Source: Marsupella aquatica
Taxonomy: Eukaryota > Plantae > Marchantiophyta
Direction of reading: 5' to 3'
NCBI GenBank assembly: GCA_973895155.1
Contig: OZ316896.1
Coordinates: forward strand, 7,024,232-7,088,231
DNA: 64,000 nt
The position numbers and the translations under genes are program-made. Positions 63,701 to 64,000 of this stretch are shown here, in pieces. The notes beneath the pieces are model-generated. The model did not search any database, was not told where the DNA came from, and saw only the letters and a list, made by a program, of their open reading frames with translations. The first letter of the stretch is position 1; the number at the start of each line of letters is the position of its first letter.

Positions 63701-64000
63701 TTCAGAAGTGGATGCTCCCATCCCATATGTATGGAGCAACATTAAGAATCCGTGGCCCAGTAAGATATTTGGCACTTTACAGACAGGAGTAGTGGATGAC
63801 TTCTTTAGCTTGTTAAGTGCAATGTCACCTCTAATATCTTGTAGTGAGATTTTGTTGGAATCTTCTGGAGAACTTTGATACGTCCCGTATGTAGTTTAAA
63901 TTAGATGTTTGTGTGCTAAAGCCCCAATGGCTTTCACTCATTAAATTAAATATGCATTCATGATTGAATCTTTTCGCAAAAGAATTTTTTTAGAGGCTTT

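Overview
Eukaryotic (land-plant, probably bryophyte-grade) genomic DNA. About 49 kb of nested, mostly pseudogenised transposons lies upstream of one intact 8-exon host gene, nucleoporin Nup133 (50410-56365, +), followed by AT-rich degraded repeats. (1) 1-~8.6 kb: a Mutator-like unit. A GCM-like/DDE/SWIM transposase (-) is paired divergently with a spliced gene encoding a ParB/Srx-like N-terminus and an N4C/N6A-methyltransferase-like C-terminus (+). An 18-bp palindrome GCTAGCGAnnTCGCTAGC recurs in the introns of both genes and between them. (2) A CRE-type non-LTR retrotransposon relic (~9.0-11.5 kb). (3) A Ty3/gypsy-like retroelement (15686-45585, 4-bp TSD AGAC) inserted in a second copy of the Mutator transposase. 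It encodes gag-protease-C5 DNA methyltransferase-RT-RNase H-DDE integrase-PHD. Instead of two LTRs it has split direct repeats (A1...B1-A2-B2), an architecture I know from tyrosine-recombinase DIRS-group elements. Nested inside it are a LINE 3' fragment, a CACTA element with F-box-like, tandem-BRCT and EDM2-like PHD cargo, and a young non-autonomous copia element. All domain calls come from reading motifs by eye; no searches were run.
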